Positions 1 through 8,425 are shown, counted from the first letter of the stretch. The stretch is DNA of 32,000 nt from an uncultured Syntrophomonas sp. (GCA_964510795.1 CAZEDT010000004.1:65178-97177), one strand, 5' to 3'. The notes: generated by a model from the letters alone, not told the origin. Made by a program: numbers and translations.

Positions 1-761
1 TAGGCGCTGTTAAAGGCGTAGCCACCCACATGGTTGACATGATGACTCCAGTCGTAGTTCCAGTTCTGGCGTTTTATATTGAGGGAGGTCCTAAGAAAAT
101 TCTGGTTGATACCGGGGTTGTGGATGGCGGACCCGAGAATAATTTCCACGGCTTTCCCCTTATTGATTCCGGACCGCAGGGTATGGTAAAAGCGCTGGCA
201 GAGATCGGACTCACACCTGAAGATATTGATATTGTGATAATTACCCACCTGCACTTTGATCACGCGGCCAACATCAGTCTGTTCCCCCATGCCCAATTTA
301 TCTTGCAGAAAAAAGAATGGGAATATGCTAAAGCTCCCCTCCCGATTCAGAAAGGGGTATACCTGACTGATTTACTGAGCCAGCTGGAAAGCTATGATCT
401 TATTCTGGCTGATGACGGCTATGAAGTTGCCGAGGGGGTTAAGGTAATATGTGTGCCTGGTCACACCAAAGGTCAGCAGGCGGTAGTGGTAAACACCAGC
501 GATGGCAACTATGTAATAGCCGGTGACCTTATGTACACCCTCCTTAATATCTATCCCGAAAAAACCGAGCTTATTGACATGTTTGGCAACCAGATCCCCT
601 GCACACCACAGCCGGGACACGCCTTTTATCCTCCGGGCATTCATACTGACCTCACCGACTGGTATAATAGCGCCTGGCGAGTATTATCTATTGCCGGAAC
701 TCGCAAACATATCATTCCGGGACATGAACCCAGCCTGGTAGGAAAGGTCTTCCCTGAGTAG
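1..761 (+). CDS. MBL-fold metallo-hydrolase, N-acyl homoserine lactonase-like, 5' end outside window
   Basis: Frame is open to the window edge (…GAVKGVATHMVDMM…). Metallo-beta-lactamase motif HLHFDHAAN, later GHTKGQQ and PGHEPS. ILVDTGV near the N-terminus is typical of internal sequence, so the ATG at 30 is probably not the true start. Confidence 0.85.
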   Translation, partial: GAVKGVATHMVDMMTPVVVPVLAFYIEGGPKKILVDTGVVDGGPENNFHGFPLIDSGPQGMVKALAEIGLTPEDIDIVIITHLHFDHAANISLFPHAQFILQKKEWEYAKAPLPIQKGVYLTDLLSQLESYDLILADDGYEVAEGVKVICVPGHTKGQQAVVVNTSDGNYVIAGDLMYTLLNIYPEKTELIDMFGNQIPCTPQPGHAFYPPGIHTDLTDWYNSAWRVLSIAGTRKHIIPGHEPSLVGKVFPE

Positions 762-948
762 CATTTTCCCAACTGATTACGACAATTATCCTTTGCTTTT
801 CGGATTGCCGCTCCATAAAAGAGAAACACATATATCTATTTCTACAATTTACAAGGGTACACCACCCTAACCTTTAAAATGGCAGGCTTTTAATGATGAG
901 CAAGCCCGATAGTAAAGTATTTAACAACTAATTTGAGGGGGGTTTAGA

Positions 949-2544
949 ATGACAGAGGCAAGACTGGAATTTCCTATTATGCAAGTTGAAGATTTACCAT
1001 TCTTAAAAGGAAGACGCCTCCAATTTGATAGCATTGCCGAGATGTTTTATACCAGAGTGCAGGAAGCCCCAAACACACCCCATGTGCTTTTCTACGATCA
1101 GATAATCACTTACGCCCAGACCAACCAGCGATCTAATCAGGTAGCCAATTACCTGAAGGAACAAGGCGTACAAAAGGGTGACATGGTATCAGTCATGGTA
1201 TTAAATTCACCTGAGATTTACTATACGATGTTTGGGACTCAGAAACTGGGTGCCGTAGCCGGAGCTATTAACTATCTGCTGAAGGGCCCGGAAATAGCCT
1301 ATGTGCTTGATGATTCCAAGCCTAAAGTCGCCTTTGTAGGCAGCGAGTTTATGCAGGATTTTGCAGCCGGCTATGCCCTGGCTAACCACAAACCGGTGGT
1401 TGTTGAGGTAGCAACCGGAGCAGAGCATGGAGCCAATATTGCTGCTGGGACCCTGGTCGATATTCTGGCAAAATACCCCGATACTGAAGCCTTGGTGCCG
1501 CAGGGTCCGGATGATCCGTTTTTGCTGCTTTACTCTTCGGGAACTACCGGTTCCCCTAAAGGAATCCTTTTGCCCAATAGAGCGCAGCTCTCGCTTTGTC
1601 GAGCCATGAATATGATTCAGCTTTTTCACGGCAATGACATAATGATGATCATCATGCCTATGTTCCATACCAATCCTCTTTGTGTCTGGACCTATCCTAT
1701 AATCTTCGGCGGACATACGGTGTGCATAAGGAAGGGTTTTTCACCGGCTGACTTCTGGCCTTCAGTTTTGCAGTATGGAGTAACAGTGGTTATGGGAGTG
1801 CCAGCCATGTATAACTATATCTACAATTCAGCCGATCCGAATACCATAGACAGATCCAGACTCAAGCTACGATACGCTTTCTCCGGTGCAGCTCCTCTGC
1901 CGGTTGAACTAATCCTGGGATTTAAAGAGAAATTCAATGTAGATATCCTGGAAGGTTATGGCTTGACCGAAGCGACCGGGGTGTCGACCGTAAATCCACC
2001 CGTTGGCAAAAAGAAACCTGGCTCGGTAGGCAGAAATTTCCCGGAGCAGGAAGTCGAAATTATGGATGATAACAATAATATTTTACCTCCATACGAAAAA
2101 GGCGAAATCTGTATTCGGGGCGACGCTAATATGATCGGTTACCTCAATAAGCCGGAGGCTACCGCCGAAACTCTTATAGATGCCTGGCTGCACACTGGTG
2201 ATGTGGGATATATGGACGAAGAGGGTTATATATTTGTCGTAGACCGCAAGAAAGATATGATAATCCGCGGCGGCGAGAATATTTATCCCCGCGAGATTGA
2301 AATAGTCCTGGAGGGACATCCCAAGGTAGCGGAAGTAGCGGTAATAGGGGTTCCTGATCCGGCTCTGGGAGAAAGAGTCAAGGCCTTCATTGTCCCGAAG
2401 CCTGATCAAGCTCTAAAGGGAGAAGAAATACTGGAATTCCTGAAGGATAAAATGGCCAAGTACAAGATTCCCGAATTCATTGATATTACCAATAATATTC
2501 CCCGCAATCCGACCGGTAAGATACTGAAAAAGGATTTGCGGTAA
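949..2544 (+). CDS. AMP-dependent acyl-CoA synthetase/ligase (531 aa)
   Basis: AMP-binding motif LLLYSSGTTGSPKGI, GYGLTEATG, and C-terminal GDVGYMDEEGYIFVVDRKKDMIIRGGENIYPREIE ... PRNPTGKILKKDLR. Strong RBS (gaggggggt). Confidence 0.95.
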   Translation: MTEARLEFPIMQVEDLPFLKGRRLQFDSIAEMFYTRVQEAPNTPHVLFYDQIITYAQTNQRSNQVANYLKEQGVQKGDMVSVMVLNSPEIYYTMFGTQKLGAVAGAINYLLKGPEIAYVLDDSKPKVAFVGSEFMQDFAAGYALANHKPVVVEVATGAEHGANIAAGTLVDILAKYPDTEALVPQGPDDPFLLLYSSGTTGSPKGILLPNRAQLSLCRAMNMIQLFHGNDIMMIIMPMFHTNPLCVWTYPIIFGGHTVCIRKGFSPADFWPSVLQYGVTVVMGVPAMYNYIYNSADPNTIDRSRLKLRYAFSGAAPLPVELILGFKEKFNVDILEGYGLTEATGVSTVNPPVGKKKPGSVGRNFPEQEVEIMDDNNNILPPYEKGEICIRGDANMIGYLNKPEATAETLIDAWLHTGDVGYMDEEGYIFVVDRKKDMIIRGGENIYPREIEIVLEGHPKVAEVAVIGVPDPALGERVKAFIVPKPDQALKGEEILEFLKDKMAKYKIPEFIDITNNIPRNPTGKILKKDLR

Positions 2545-2551
2545 GATGATT

Positions 2552-2586
2552 AGCCCTCCGGTAAGATTACCTCCGGGGGGCTTTGA
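2552..2586 (+). terminator. Rho-independent-like terminator after the ligase
   Basis: agccctccgg (2552-2561) pairs with ccggggggct (2573-2582), followed by a short T run. Confidence 0.6.
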
Positions 2587-2728
2587 CTGTCTAATAGAGT
2601 TTGCAATAATATCGACTAAATAGGATAATATTGGCATAGGCTCCTAAGCAAGGTTTATAAATATTTGCTGGTTTGATAGTTAAAAGCAAGCCGCTCATAA
2701 AAATATTTTATAGTAGGAGGAAGATGAA

Positions 2729-3028
2729 ATGATAGTTCTTGCCGCCTCTTTTAAAGCGAAAGCGGGTCTGGAAACAAAACTGGAAGAGGCTCTTAAGGCC
2801 ATGATCCCCAAAGTCCAGGAAGAAGAAGGCACCCTGATGTATACGCTGCATAAGGCCAAACGCGATCCCGGACAGTTCCTGATCTATGAAATGTACCAGG
2901 ACAAAGCCGCCCTGAATTTCCACAGTTCAACCCCATATTTCAAAGAATTCTTTGGTCAGATAGCGGACCTGTTAGAAGGTACCCCCCAAATTACCATCTA
3001 TGAGGATATTGCCTCCATTAGCCGCTAG
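2729..3028 (+). CDS. Antibiotic biosynthesis monooxygenase (ABM)-domain protein, putative quinol monooxygenase-like
   Basis: 99 aa; KAGLETKLEEALKAM...EEEGTLMYTLHKAKRDPGQFLIYEMYQDKAALNFHSSTPYFKEF is an ABM-type dimeric alpha/beta barrel sequence. RBS taggaggaag. Confidence 0.85.
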   Translation: MIVLAASFKAKAGLETKLEEALKAMIPKVQEEEGTLMYTLHKAKRDPGQFLIYEMYQDKAALNFHSSTPYFKEFFGQIADLLEGTPQITIYEDIASISR

Positions 3029-3040
3029 GATTAGCTTTTT

Positions 3041-3080
3041 CTCAGGAGATCCCGGTAAATTCCATCGGGTTTCTCCTGAG
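3041..3080 (+). terminator. Stem-loop after the ABM gene
   Basis: ctcaggaga (3041-3049) / tctcctgag (3072-3080) with inner cccg/cggg pairing. No strong T tract on the + side. Confidence 0.4.
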
Positions 3081-3102
3081 TTACACCAGTTATTACATAG
3101 GA

Positions 3103-3129
3103 GTTCCACCGGGACGTTCTTCCTGTAAC
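3103..3129 (-). repeat. REP-like repeat copy 1 (inverted relative to copies 2 and 3)
   Basis: Reverse complement reads gttacaggaagaacgtcccggtggaac. Confidence 0.75.
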
Positions 3130-3134
3130 AATGC

Positions 3135-3959
3135 TTATGCTCTTTGTACATTCATAGCATTAAGTCCTGTAACTCGGGCTATTTGACGAAGTGTTACGCC
3201 TTCATTTTCCTTTTCCATACTCTGTAGCTTTCCAATTGGTTCTCCATCCATCAATGCCTCAAGTTCGGCCTTCACTTCTCCATCGGTTTTTTTACGTTTT
3301 ATTTCTTCATCCAGACAAGTATCTTCGTTTTCTTGCTTCATAAACTCCCGAAATGCCCGAATCGCTTCGATCTGGTTCCGATGAAATATGCATAGAATAT
3401 ACTCGGTTTGGGTTAACCCGCTTGGATACTCTTTCCCGCCGGCATACGCATGAATACTGCTCCATCGATACGATTCCGGGTTTCGTACCAAACCTGCTTT
3501 CACCGGATTGTTGTGTATATATCGGACTACGGTCAATAAATACTTGTCGTCTTCAACGCACTCACTGCCGTAACGTCCTTGAAATACATGTCCGCTTCGA
3601 CTGTATTTCTGGTTATACCACTTGGCATAACTCGTCCCAATCCGACTCATGGTGCGAGATACCGTATCCTCGTTTTCTCGCACCAGCAAGTGAACATGGT
3701 TGCTCATCAGACAGTACCCATAAAGCCCATACTCTTGATTTCTCTTTTTCTGCGCTAGCGTTTCCACAAAGTGCAGGCTATCATCATCGTCGAAGAAAAT
3801 GTCTCCTCGATTGATTCCCCGCAATACTACATGATAAATGCCACTCTCGCACCGTTGTCTTGCCTGTCTAACCACGCCAAAACCCCATACATTTTTTTCC
3901 ATTATACCGAATCTAATCAAAAAAACCCACCGGTTATTCCAGCGAATCCAATTGTTCAA
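3135..3959 (-). CDS. REP-associated tyrosine transposase (RAYT / Y1_Tnp, IS200-like)
   Basis: GIYHVVLRGINRGDIFFDDDD, GYCLMSNHVHLLVRE (HUH-type motif), RYIHNNPVKAGLV, YRWSSIHAY. The true start may be internal (e.g. MEKNVWGF...). Confidence 0.9.
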   Translation of the reverse strand: MNNWIRWNNRWVFLIRFGIMEKNVWGFGVVRQARQRCESGIYHVVLRGINRGDIFFDDDDSLHFVETLAQKKRNQEYGLYGYCLMSNHVHLLVRENEDTVSRTMSRIGTSYAKWYNQKYSRSGHVFQGRYGSECVEDDKYLLTVVRYIHNNPVKAGLVRNPESYRWSSIHAYAGGKEYPSGLTQTEYILCIFHRNQIEAIRAFREFMKQENEDTCLDEEIKRKKTDGEVKAELEALMDGEPIGKLQSMEKENEGVTLRQIARVTGLNAMNVQRA

Positions 3960-3976
3960 TTTCTTAGTTTTATTGT

Positions 3977-4003
3977 GTTACAAGAAGAGCGTCCCGGTGT
4001 AAC
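3977..4003 (+). repeat. REP-like repeat copy 2
   Basis: gttacaagaagagcgtcccggtgtaac; ends GTTACA/TGTAAC are complementary. Confidence 0.75.
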
Positions 4004-4175
4004 ACGGTGTAACCCGTGTAACCTGAGCTCTACTAGTCTGTTTGACTTTGCCATCAGAAGTGGTGGAATAGCTGGGTGATGTCAGGGGGACGGGGTTATT
4101 GACAGCTTTTAGACCCACCGGTTTTCCAGTGGGTCTATATAAGAATTGTTCAATTATTGTTTATTATTTTTTATT

Positions 4176-4202
4176 GTTACGCGAAGAACGTCCCGGTGTA
4201 AC
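4176..4202 (+). repeat. REP-like repeat copy 3
   Basis: gttacgcgaagaacgtcccggtgtaac, followed by partial cccggtgtaaccc reiterations. Confidence 0.75.
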
Positions 4203-4281
4203 CCCCGGTGTAACCCGGTGTAACCCCCAAAAAAAGCCAACAAAAAGAACGTCCCTCTGTTGGCCCTCTGTGTTGGGCCGG

Positions 4282-4304
4282 AACCCCCGGCCTAGCCGGG
4301 GGTT
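4282..4304 (-). terminator. GC-rich hairpin
   Basis: aacccccggc (4282-4291) / gccgggggtt (4295-4304). It lies downstream of the DUF3885 gene on the minus strand; a T run follows only on the + strand. Confidence 0.45.
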
Positions 4305-4320
4305 TTCATTGCGATAAAAA

Positions 4321-4358
4321 AACACCCCCAATCCATTTCATTCCGGATTGGAGGTGTT
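4321..4358 (-). terminator. Hairpin downstream of the DUF3885 gene
   Basis: aacacccccaatcc (4321-4334) / ggattggaggtgtt (4345-4358), one mismatch. On the minus strand it is followed by a T run (complement of ataaaaa). Confidence 0.6.
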
Positions 4359-4407
4359 GGCAATAATCCCGTCCCTTTGACACTTAAAGTTGCCATGCCA
4401 GTTCTTT

Positions 4408-5067
4408 TCAGCCGAAGCTTTTATTGATTTTTTCCTTATCATATTCCAATATCCAATTATTATATTTTTTATAGACTTGCATTAAAACATCTTTTGAATT
4501 TGCTACAATATCTAAACCTCTATCATCATAAACATGAAAAATGGAATTATTTAATTGATTGATAAAGTATAAGTCTCCTATAAGGCATGGTTCTTTTTCT
4601 ATGCTTTGATTTAATTTAGCAATAATCATATCTTTAAAATTAACCTCTTCAACTTTACAACTTATCCAAAAACGGTATGTCTTCGTATCATCAGTATCTC
4701 CAGCTTCCTTATATCTGTATTCTAATTCGTCTTTAAATATATTAGCGGAGAAGTCTTTTCCATAAAAATAGTTTTCGAAAACCTTCAATATTTCTGGTTC
4801 AGATTCATTTATGGGATATTCGTCCCATGAATCTACAAAAAGAATAACAAACAGTTCATCCTCAACCTTATTTATCTCATTAAATAATGCATACGAGCGA
4901 GTATAACACTGCTCAATTCTTCCTTCACAAAAATCTAAATCGCCACCTAAATCAAATCTAATCCCCACAGGGAAATTATAGAATAATGGTTGCTTTAATT
5001 GTAATGTAGGAAATTTTTTATTTAAGTACATCTCTAAACTAAATTCACTCACATATATCACCGCCAT
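4408..5067 (-). CDS. DUF3885-like protein (219 aa), candidate immunity protein
   Basis: N-terminal FPVGIRFDLGG and C-terminal HVYDDRGLDIVANSKDVLMQVYKKYNNWILEYDKE look like the DUF3885 signature. Lies 47 nt downstream of an Rhs-type C-terminal region. Confidence 0.75.
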   Translation of the reverse strand: MAVIYVSEFSLEMYLNKKFPTLQLKQPLFYNFPVGIRFDLGGDLDFCEGRIEQCYTRSYALFNEINKVEDELFVILFVDSWDEYPINESEPEILKVFENYFYGKDFSANIFKDELEYRYKEAGDTDDTKTYRFWISCKVEEVNFKDMIIAKLNQSIEKEPCLIGDLYFINQLNNSIFHVYDDRGLDIVANSKDVLMQVYKKYNNWILEYDKEKINKSFG

Positions 5068-5114
5068 AAAGTATTGTAGAGGGCGACTTTACTCGCCCTC
5101 TATGAATTTAACCC

Positions 5115-5426
5115 TTACTTAAGCTTTATTACTGTTCCGGTTTTACTTTTATGTTTATTTTCTATAAAATTACCATACTCATCTGCATCTGCAACCCAAT
5201 GAAGCTCATTTCCCCTTTTTTCAAACACTTTATAAGCAGAACCCCCATGTCTAGTTGTGTCTTTTGCCCAGAAATATCCCTTCTTTGTATTATCTTGATA
5301 TGCCTTTACTTTTTCGCCGTTAAAATTATATGTTATTTCAGACTTTGCATTAGTTTTAATATCCCATTTGGTCTTACCTGCACCCTCAAGGGTATGTTTA
5401 ATAGATCCAGAATGCTCAATTAATTC
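5115..5426 (-). pseudogene. Orphan, frameshifted Rhs C-terminal toxin-like region (~103 codons)
   Basis: Manual translation gives ELIEHSGSIKHTLEGAGKTKWDIKTNAKSEITYNFNGEKVKAYQDNTKKGYFWAKDTTRHGGSAYKVFEKRGNELHWVADADEYGNFIENKHKSKTGTVIKLK*, in a different frame from the Rhs core that ends at 5420. Confidence 0.75.
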
Positions 5427-6235
5427 CTAACCGATTTGGTTCCAGTTTTTCTTCCAATAATGCCCAGAGATAATGCTGGTACTGCCTGCGGATACTGATT
5501 TTCAAACATTTGACATGTCATGTCGAACGAATTGCTCGGATCCGGTGTAATTAGTTCTAATAATGCCTTACCTGATTTTTCATAATCAATAGGTTCGGCA
5601 AATATCATTACATTACCGCTTGGATCAACATACTTAGCTGGATTATTGATGCAATACGTGTAAAGATTCAAACTCAGCGGATTAGTAATACTTCCCTCAT
5701 AACTATCCTTCGATATAAACCTGCCGATGGTTGGATCATAGTATCTGGCCCTAAGATAGTAGAAGCCACTCTCACTATCCAGCATCTCTCCTGCATATTT
5801 GAAGTCATTTGCTATTGTCTCGGTCTGATTTAGGATGTTTCCCCATTCATCATATTCGTAGGTGTTGACTGGAATTCCTGCTGTGTCTACAATCTGCACT
5901 ACATCGCCATGACCGCTGTAGAGGTAGTAGTATTCCTGGTTGCTATTGTCCTTTTTGACCAGGAGTTTATCTGGCCCCCAGATATACTTTGAACTTTGGC
6001 TGGCATTTACATCTGATATTACTCTGCCGGCATTGTCATAGGTATAGCGTGTGGTTGCAGTCGGTGTAACCTTCTTTAGTCTTAATCCGGTTGGATCATA
6101 GGTATAGCTAGTGCTCTGTCCTGAAGTTGTTACACCAGTGAGTTGGTCTAATGCATTGTAGCTGCAGTTGAATGTGGTAGTGTAAATTGGGAATCCGGTG
6201 TTAGAGCCAATCCATAATGTCCGACGATAGACGGT
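5420..6235 (-). pseudogene. 3' fragment of an Rhs/YD-repeat gene including the Rhs-associated core
   Basis: SYTYDPTGLRLKKVTPTATTRYTYDNAGRVISDVNAS...KYIWGPDKLLVKKDNSNQEYYYLYSGHGDVVQIVDTAGIPVNTYEYDEWGN...MLDSESGFYYLRARYYDPTIGRFISKDSYEG...LNLYTYCINNPAKYVDPSGN. No Rhs N-terminus in the window. Confidence 0.9.
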
Positions 6236-6510
6236 GTTAATTGTCCAGAAACTGACGCATTCGTGTCTCCTATCTCAGCTACCCGCTCGGCAGCGGTTAC
6301 AGCACTAATTCCGGGCATGGTTTCGAGCTTGTAGTCAAGCTTAGGCATAACTGCCTTTAACGCTGCTTCTACACAGCTTATTTCCTGCTTTTTAAACTGA
6401 ATGTCCCTGACGATACTTTTAACCAGGAAATCACTGTTTGCCTGGTAATCTCGCTTGGTGTCTCCGTTTTTATCGATTAGCTCCAGTATTTTTTGGGCTT
6501 TTCGAATCAA
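6236..6510 (-). pseudogene. IS110/IS116/IS902-family transposase fragment joined to the Rhs remnant
   Basis: MPKLDYKLETMPGISAVTAAERVAEIGDTNA resembles the IS110-family 'xxxPGIGxxTAAxxLAEIGD' core. The similarity stops at the Rhs junction. Confidence 0.75.
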
Positions 6511-6601
6511 ACAGGCATTATTACTGCAATTACTCGGAAAATCGGCCAGTTCTTCTACGGTTATACCTTCTAATTGATGGGGAGCGGGGTATTAAAGAGC
6601 C

Positions 6602-6693
6602 AAGGCCTTCATTGTCCCAAAGCCTGATCAAGTACTAAAGGGAGAAGAAATACTGGAATTCCTGAAGGATAAAATGGCCAAGCACAAGATTAC
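6602..6693 (+). pseudogene. Duplicated scrap of the AMP-ligase gene 3' region
   Basis: About 92 nt match to 2379-2470 with about 4 mismatches (caaggccttcattgtccc…aaaatggccaag.acaagatt). Confidence 0.85.
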
Positions 6694-6701
6694 CAGTAAG
6701 C

Positions 6702-6766
6702 TGCCCTGAAAAAAGATTTTTCATCCAGCAGTGGTAGCGCTGCGTGCCATGGGAGTCTGCTACGGA
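6702..6766 (+). repeat. Dispersed ~65-nt repeat, copy A (pair at 21097-21161)
   Basis: ctgccctgaaaaaagatttttcatccagcagtggtagcgctgcgtgccatgggagtctgctacgg; ~59/65 identical to the second copy. Confidence 0.8.
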
Positions 6767-7078
6767 AATATAATCTTATACCTATAACACCTTTCGACCG
6801 TCCCCCAGGAGCAGCCTAAAGGTATCCTGCCTCCAATGATTGCTTCCAGCTGGCTTGCCATGTTACTTTCCGGATTTCGCAGCTAATGTGCAGTAGTGGC
6901 TAATTTTATCCTGGGGTTGTCCTTTAGCCATTAATTGCGTTCTATTAAATATGGTAGGGGCGTATTATTTTATATCCAAATTTCCTTGACGGAAAAGAGG
7001 AAGGGCACTATAATAGCAAGAAATGATTCTAATTTAGTTAATTAAATATATTAGGCAGCATAATTCTGCCCGGCGAAG

Positions 7079-7132
7079 GCGCCTATTTGTTAATCAGGTT
7101 GAAACCTGATTAACAAATAGGCGCTTTTTTTA
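7079..7132 (+). terminator. Strong rho-independent-like terminator directly upstream of amt
   Basis: Perfect 22-nt arms gcgcctatttgttaatcaggtt (7079-7100) / aacctgattaacaaataggcgc (7103-7124), then a T run. Confidence 0.85.
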
Positions 7133-7165
7133 TAATTATTTTTATTTATTGGGAGTGATGTATTA

Positions 7166-8425
7166 ATGATGGAAGTTAACATTCAGGACCTGGCTTCAGC
7201 CATAGACACTATCTGGGTACTGCTTTGCGCCGCCCTGGTTTTTAGCATGGAAGGTGGCTTTGCCTTTCTGGAGGCTGGTTTTATCAGGTCCAAAAATTCT
7301 ATTAACATTGTTATGAAGGTTTTCACCGATTGCACAGTAGGGATGCTCAGTTATTGGGTGCTGGGATTTGCCATCATGTATGGTGCTGACCAAGCTGGCC
7401 TTTTTGGAAGCACCGGCTTTTTCATCGGCGGAGACTTGAGTCATATTAAATTGCGTATACCTATATATGCTTATTGGATTTTCCAGGCAGCCTTTGCCAT
7501 GGCCATGGCTTCCATAGTCTCCGGTGCAGTGGCTGAACGGATGAAATTTGGCCCGTATATTATCTATACCGCTCTGGCCGCAGGCTTGATTTATCCGGTG
7601 GCCGGCCACTGGGTATGGGGTGTCGGCGGGTGGTTAGGTCAGCTGGGCATGCTGGATTTTGCCGGCTCAGCAGTGATCCATGCGGTCGGCGGGTGGAGCT
7701 CTCTGGCTGCAATATTGGTGTTGGGGCCGAGAACCGGCAAGTTCAGGGAAGATGGTTCGGTAAATTTCCTGCCGCCTCACAACCTGCACCTGGCATTTCT
7801 GGGAACCTTCTTGCTCTGGTTTGGTTGGTTCGGATTTAATGCCGGAAGCTCACTCTCCGGATTGGATTTGAACATTGGCAGAATCGTGGTAACCACTAAT
7901 TTGGCAGCAGCTGCTGGAGGTGCAGTAGCCACTCTGTTTACTATGTGCAGATATGGCAAGGCTGATCCCACTATGGCTATAAACGGATCTCTAGCGGGTC
8001 TGGTGGCTATAACTGCTGGCACAGCCTTCGTAAGTCCGGCTGCTGCGGTGCTCATTGGAGGTATTGCGGGAGTACTGGTAGTTTTAGCGATAAATTTATT
8101 TGATAAATTGTTGGTAGATGATCCGGTAGGCGCCATTTCGGTGCACGGTGTAAATGGACTGTGGGGTTCACTGGCAGTAGGTCTTTTTGCCGAGCACGGA
8201 GGTCTTTTCTACGGGGGCGGCTTAAAACTTATAGGTGTACAGCTTTTGGGAGTCATTGCGGTATCAATTTGGTCCTTTACAATGACCTATTTTATATTTT
8301 CAGTCTTAAAGAAAAAGGTAGGTATTCGGGTATCATTAGAAGAAGAGATTGACGGCCTTGACATCAGTGAGCATGGTATTTCAGCCTATTCAGGTCTTTT
8401 GAGCGCCAATAATGACGGCAGCTAG
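7166..8425 (+). CDS. amt: Ammonium transporter, Amt family (419 aa)
   Basis: MEGGFAFLEAGFIRSKNSINI, FGMFNAGSSLSG-type motif (WFGWFGFNAGSSLSG), GAISVHGVNGLWG. RBS ggagtg. Confidence 0.96.
   Translation: MMEVNIQDLASAIDTIWVLLCAALVFSMEGGFAFLEAGFIRSKNSINIVMKVFTDCTVGMLSYWVLGFAIMYGADQAGLFGSTGFFIGGDLSHIKLRIPIYAYWIFQAAFAMAMASIVSGAVAERMKFGPYIIYTALAAGLIYPVAGHWVWGVGGWLGQLGMLDFAGSAVIHAVGGWSSLAAILVLGPRTGKFREDGSVNFLPPHNLHLAFLGTFLLWFGWFGFNAGSSLSGLDLNIGRIVVTTNLAAAAGGAVATLFTMCRYGKADPTMAINGSLAGLVAITAGTAFVSPAAAVLIGGIAGVLVVLAINLFDKLLVDDPVGAISVHGVNGLWGSLAVGLFAEHGGLFYGGGLKLIGVQLLGVIAVSIWSFTMTYFIFSVLKKKVGIRVSLEEEIDGLDISEHGISAYSGLLSANNDGS

Larger units (their letters stand above)
3103..4202 (-). mobile_element. RAYT-associated REP-like element region
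   Basis: REP-like 27-mers at 3103-3129 (- strand), 3977-4003 (+) and 4176-4202 (+) around a Y1 transposase gene. Confidence 0.7.

Noticed and set aside
1207-1716. 169-aa minus-strand ORF inside the first ligase gene
   Set aside because: Fully antisense to a well-supported CDS and with no recognisable motif; shadow ORF.
2633-2660. Possible -24/-12 promoter ttggcataggctcctaagc upstream of the ABM gene
   Set aside because: The spacing from GG to GC is 13 nt instead of 10, so it does not fit a sigma54 promoter.
3353-3814. 153-aa plus-strand ORF opposite the RAYT gene
   Set aside because: Antisense shadow of the Y1 transposase; low-complexity His/Arg-rich translation.
3971-4260. CRISPR-like array from recurring gtgtaaccc units
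   Set aside because: Units are very short, contiguous and irregular, with no unique spacers and no cas genes; they fit REP-like repeats.
4099-4317. 72-aa plus-strand ORF
   Set aside because: Consists of translated repeats and hairpins (RPGVTPGVTRCNP); not protein-like.
5151-5423. 90-aa plus-strand ORF opposite the Rhs C-terminal region
   Set aside because: Cys/Ile-rich shadow; the minus strand gives a coherent toxin-CT-like sequence.
7054-7110. Canonical ANTAR-binding tandem hexaloop motif
   Set aside because: The candidate loops are 7 nt (cataatt) or tgaa/ttgaaa and lack A1 and G4; only the weaker hypothesis is reported.
7777-8136. 119-aa minus-strand ORF within amt
   Set aside because: Antisense to strongly conserved Amt coding sequence.
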